A stretch of 64,000 nucleotides of DNA from an uncultured Clostridia bacterium. GTDB lineage: Bacteria; Bacillota; Clostridia; Lachnospirales; Lachnospiraceae. Made by a program: the position numbers and the translations under genes. The notes under the pieces were generated by a model. It was not told where the DNA came from. It did not search any database and saw only the letters and a list, made by a program, of their open reading frames with translations. The DNA is taken from positions 7,113 through 71,112 of the forward strand of contig CAMIZL010000004.1 of NCBI GenBank assembly GCA_946403295.1, written 5' to 3'. Of the stretch, positions 62,916-64,000 are shown piece after piece. Within the stretch, counting starts at the first letter, position 1; each line of letters opens with the position of its first letter.

Positions 62916-62931
62916 CAATAGATGGTATAAC
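62903..62931 (+). promoter_or_regulatory. hsp20 promoter overlapping CIRCE
   Basis: TTGACA (62903-08, inside the CIRCE spacer), 17 nt, TATAAC (62926-31). Confidence 0.55.
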
Positions 62932-63042
62932 ATAGTCAGAACAAAGGAAAAGAGCAGATTCCAAAATAAGAATCCAGACACGATTCCCTTGATCATGAAA
63001 CTTATAGTCAAATGTATTTTTTATGAGAAGGAGGAATGACCT

Positions 63043-63489
63043 ATGTTATTACCTAGCATTTTTGGAGAAACTTTATTTGATGACTTTATGGATTTCCCGA
63101 AGTTCGAATTCCCGAATATCGATCGTAAGCTCTACGGAAAGCACGCGGCTCATATGATGAAGACCGATGTACAGGAGACAGAGAACGGCTATGAAGTCGA
63201 TATCGATCTGCCCGGATTTAAGAAGGACGAGATCAATCTTTCACTTGAAAACGGATATCTTTCCGTCAGTGCCGCAAAGGCTCTCGATAATGACAAGAAA
63301 GACAAGAAGGGAAAGATAATCCGCCAGGAGCGTTATTCAGGCTCGATGGAAAGAAGCTTCTACGTAGGTGAAAATATCACCGAGGAGAACATCAAGGCAA
63401 AATTCGAGGACGGAGTGCTCAAACTCCAAATACCTAAGGAGGAGCCCGCGAAGGTGCCTGAAAAGAAGCTTATAGCTATCGAAGGCTGA
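63043..63489 (+). CDS. Hsp20/alpha-crystallin family small heat-shock protein
   Basis: 148 aa with RBS AGAAGGAGGA. MKTDVQETENGYEVDIDLPGFKKDEINLSLENGYLSV and FEDGVLKLQIPK are typical. Confidence 0.9.
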   Translation: MLLPSIFGETLFDDFMDFPKFEFPNIDRKLYGKHAAHMMKTDVQETENGYEVDIDLPGFKKDEINLSLENGYLSVSAAKALDNDKKDKKGKIIRQERYSGSMERSFYVGENITEENIKAKFEDGVLKLQIPKEEPAKVPEKKLIAIEG

Positions 63490-63544
63490 TGAGTGCCAAG
63501 CAAAGCGTCCGACAAAAAGTGCCGGATGCAATAGCCTGATAAGT

Positions 63545-63586
63545 AACCTCCTTACCGGGGGAACAGACCGGTAAGGAGGTTTTTTT
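63545..63586 (+). terminator. hsp20 intrinsic terminator
   Basis: aacctccttaccgg / loop / ccggtaaggaggtt followed by ttttt. Confidence 0.85.
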
Positions 63587-63588
63587 GC

Positions 63589-63822
63589 GCGATAAGCGAA
63601 GGCCGTCTGTTGCAAGCTTGCTTGCAATTGGATATGATACCATGGTTTGTGGTGAGAGCTTGCTCTCATGAGCAAACAGGGTATCATATCCAAAGCGGAG
63701 CGAAGCCTCGCGTACAGACGGCTGAGTGAACGGACATCGAGCGGACTTGTACGCGAGATGTCCCGTCGCATCGAGTAGGAGTCAGCCTACTCGATCGCGA
63801 TAAGCGAAGGCCGTCTGTTGCA
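63589..63822 (+). repeat. ~207-bp multi-hairpin dispersed element, copy 2, plus a restarted 26-nt partial unit
   Basis: 63589-63795 matches 42616-42822 apart from a few substitutions. gcgataagcgaaggccgtctgttgca recurs at 63797-63822, giving a period of 208 bp. Confidence 0.9.
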
Positions 63823-63922
63823 GGATATAAAAATTTAATGTGCCAAATAAGAGGAATTGTGATACAATCACTTCTTGTAAGGAGTTTATGGGAGTAATAA
63901 GCCGTATTTCGGGAGGGATAAA

Positions 63923-64000
63923 ATGGTTAAGCACGTGATTTTATGGACGTTGAAGGAAGAATATTCCGGAGCTGAGATGGACGTGATCAGAGACGGTATC
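63923..64000 (+). CDS. Dabb (stress-responsive alpha/beta barrel) family protein, 5' partial at window end
   Basis: ATG 63923 after GGGAGGGA. MVKHVILWTLKEEYSGAEMD resembles Dabb-family N-termini. Only 26 codons are visible. Confidence 0.5.
   Translation, partial: MVKHVILWTLKEEYSGAEMDVIRDGI

Noticed and set aside
42616-63822. 21-kb mobile island bounded by the two direct copies of the 208-bp element
   Set aside because: The interval has no integrase, transposase, tRNA attachment site or conjugation genes. It also contains core-like genes (hydE, hsp20). I kept it only as a note under the repeat finding.

Overview
This 64-kb chromosomal segment looks like a Clostridia (Lachnospiraceae-like) genome. 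Nearly all genes are on the + strand, RBSs are GGAGG-type, and TTG/GTG starts occur occasionally. The organism assignment is an inference from gene content and style only.

Backbone genes, in order:
- MBL hydrolase, zf-HC2 anti-sigma-like protein, polA-coaE, and a 720-aa FtsA-like actin-fold protein.
- A second MBL hydrolase, the ACT/UPF0210 pair, and two tandem LCP (LytR-CpsA-Psr) proteins.
- A small alarmone synthetase, an rRNA m5C methyltransferase, a HAD hydrolase, an RluA-type pseudouridine synthase, recU and a GNAT.
- A partial his operon: hisZ-G-D-B-A plus a HisF-like::HisIE fusion, followed by hpt.
- The rimP-nusA-ylxR-L7Ae-infB-rbfA-nrnA-truB-ribF(short) block, then rpsO.
- An HD-GYP phosphodiesterase, hydE, an isochorismatase-family protein, CapA, a DnaQ-type exonuclease, a CIRCE-controlled hsp20, and a partial Dabb gene.

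Accessory material:
- mazEF on the - strand.
- Two visibly A+T-richer giant secreted proteins.
- An orphan, repeat-bearing M56/BlaR1-like protein.
- A radical SAM/SPASM enzyme translationally coupled to a membrane protein with a Cys-Ala repeat tail.
- A cluster at 43.4-48.4 kb of two membrane-anchored TIR proteins (LRR and PASTA ectodomains) followed by a SLOG-plus-4TM (SLATT-like) protein. This is the most notable item. I propose it as a candidate undescribed circuit of TIR signal generator, SLOG sensor and membrane effector.

The window is also unusually rich in non-coding repeats:
- A ~208-bp multi-hairpin element in two copies, each starting right after an intrinsic terminator.
- A ~65-bp hairpin element in two copies.
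- A 16-bp minisatellite.
- Nested inverted repeats upstream of rpsO.
- Many 23-55-bp tandem duplications sitting exactly at gene junctions.

I recognised no rRNA, tRNA, CRISPR array, transposase or integrase. All domain calls come from reading motifs by eye, and no database search was possible.
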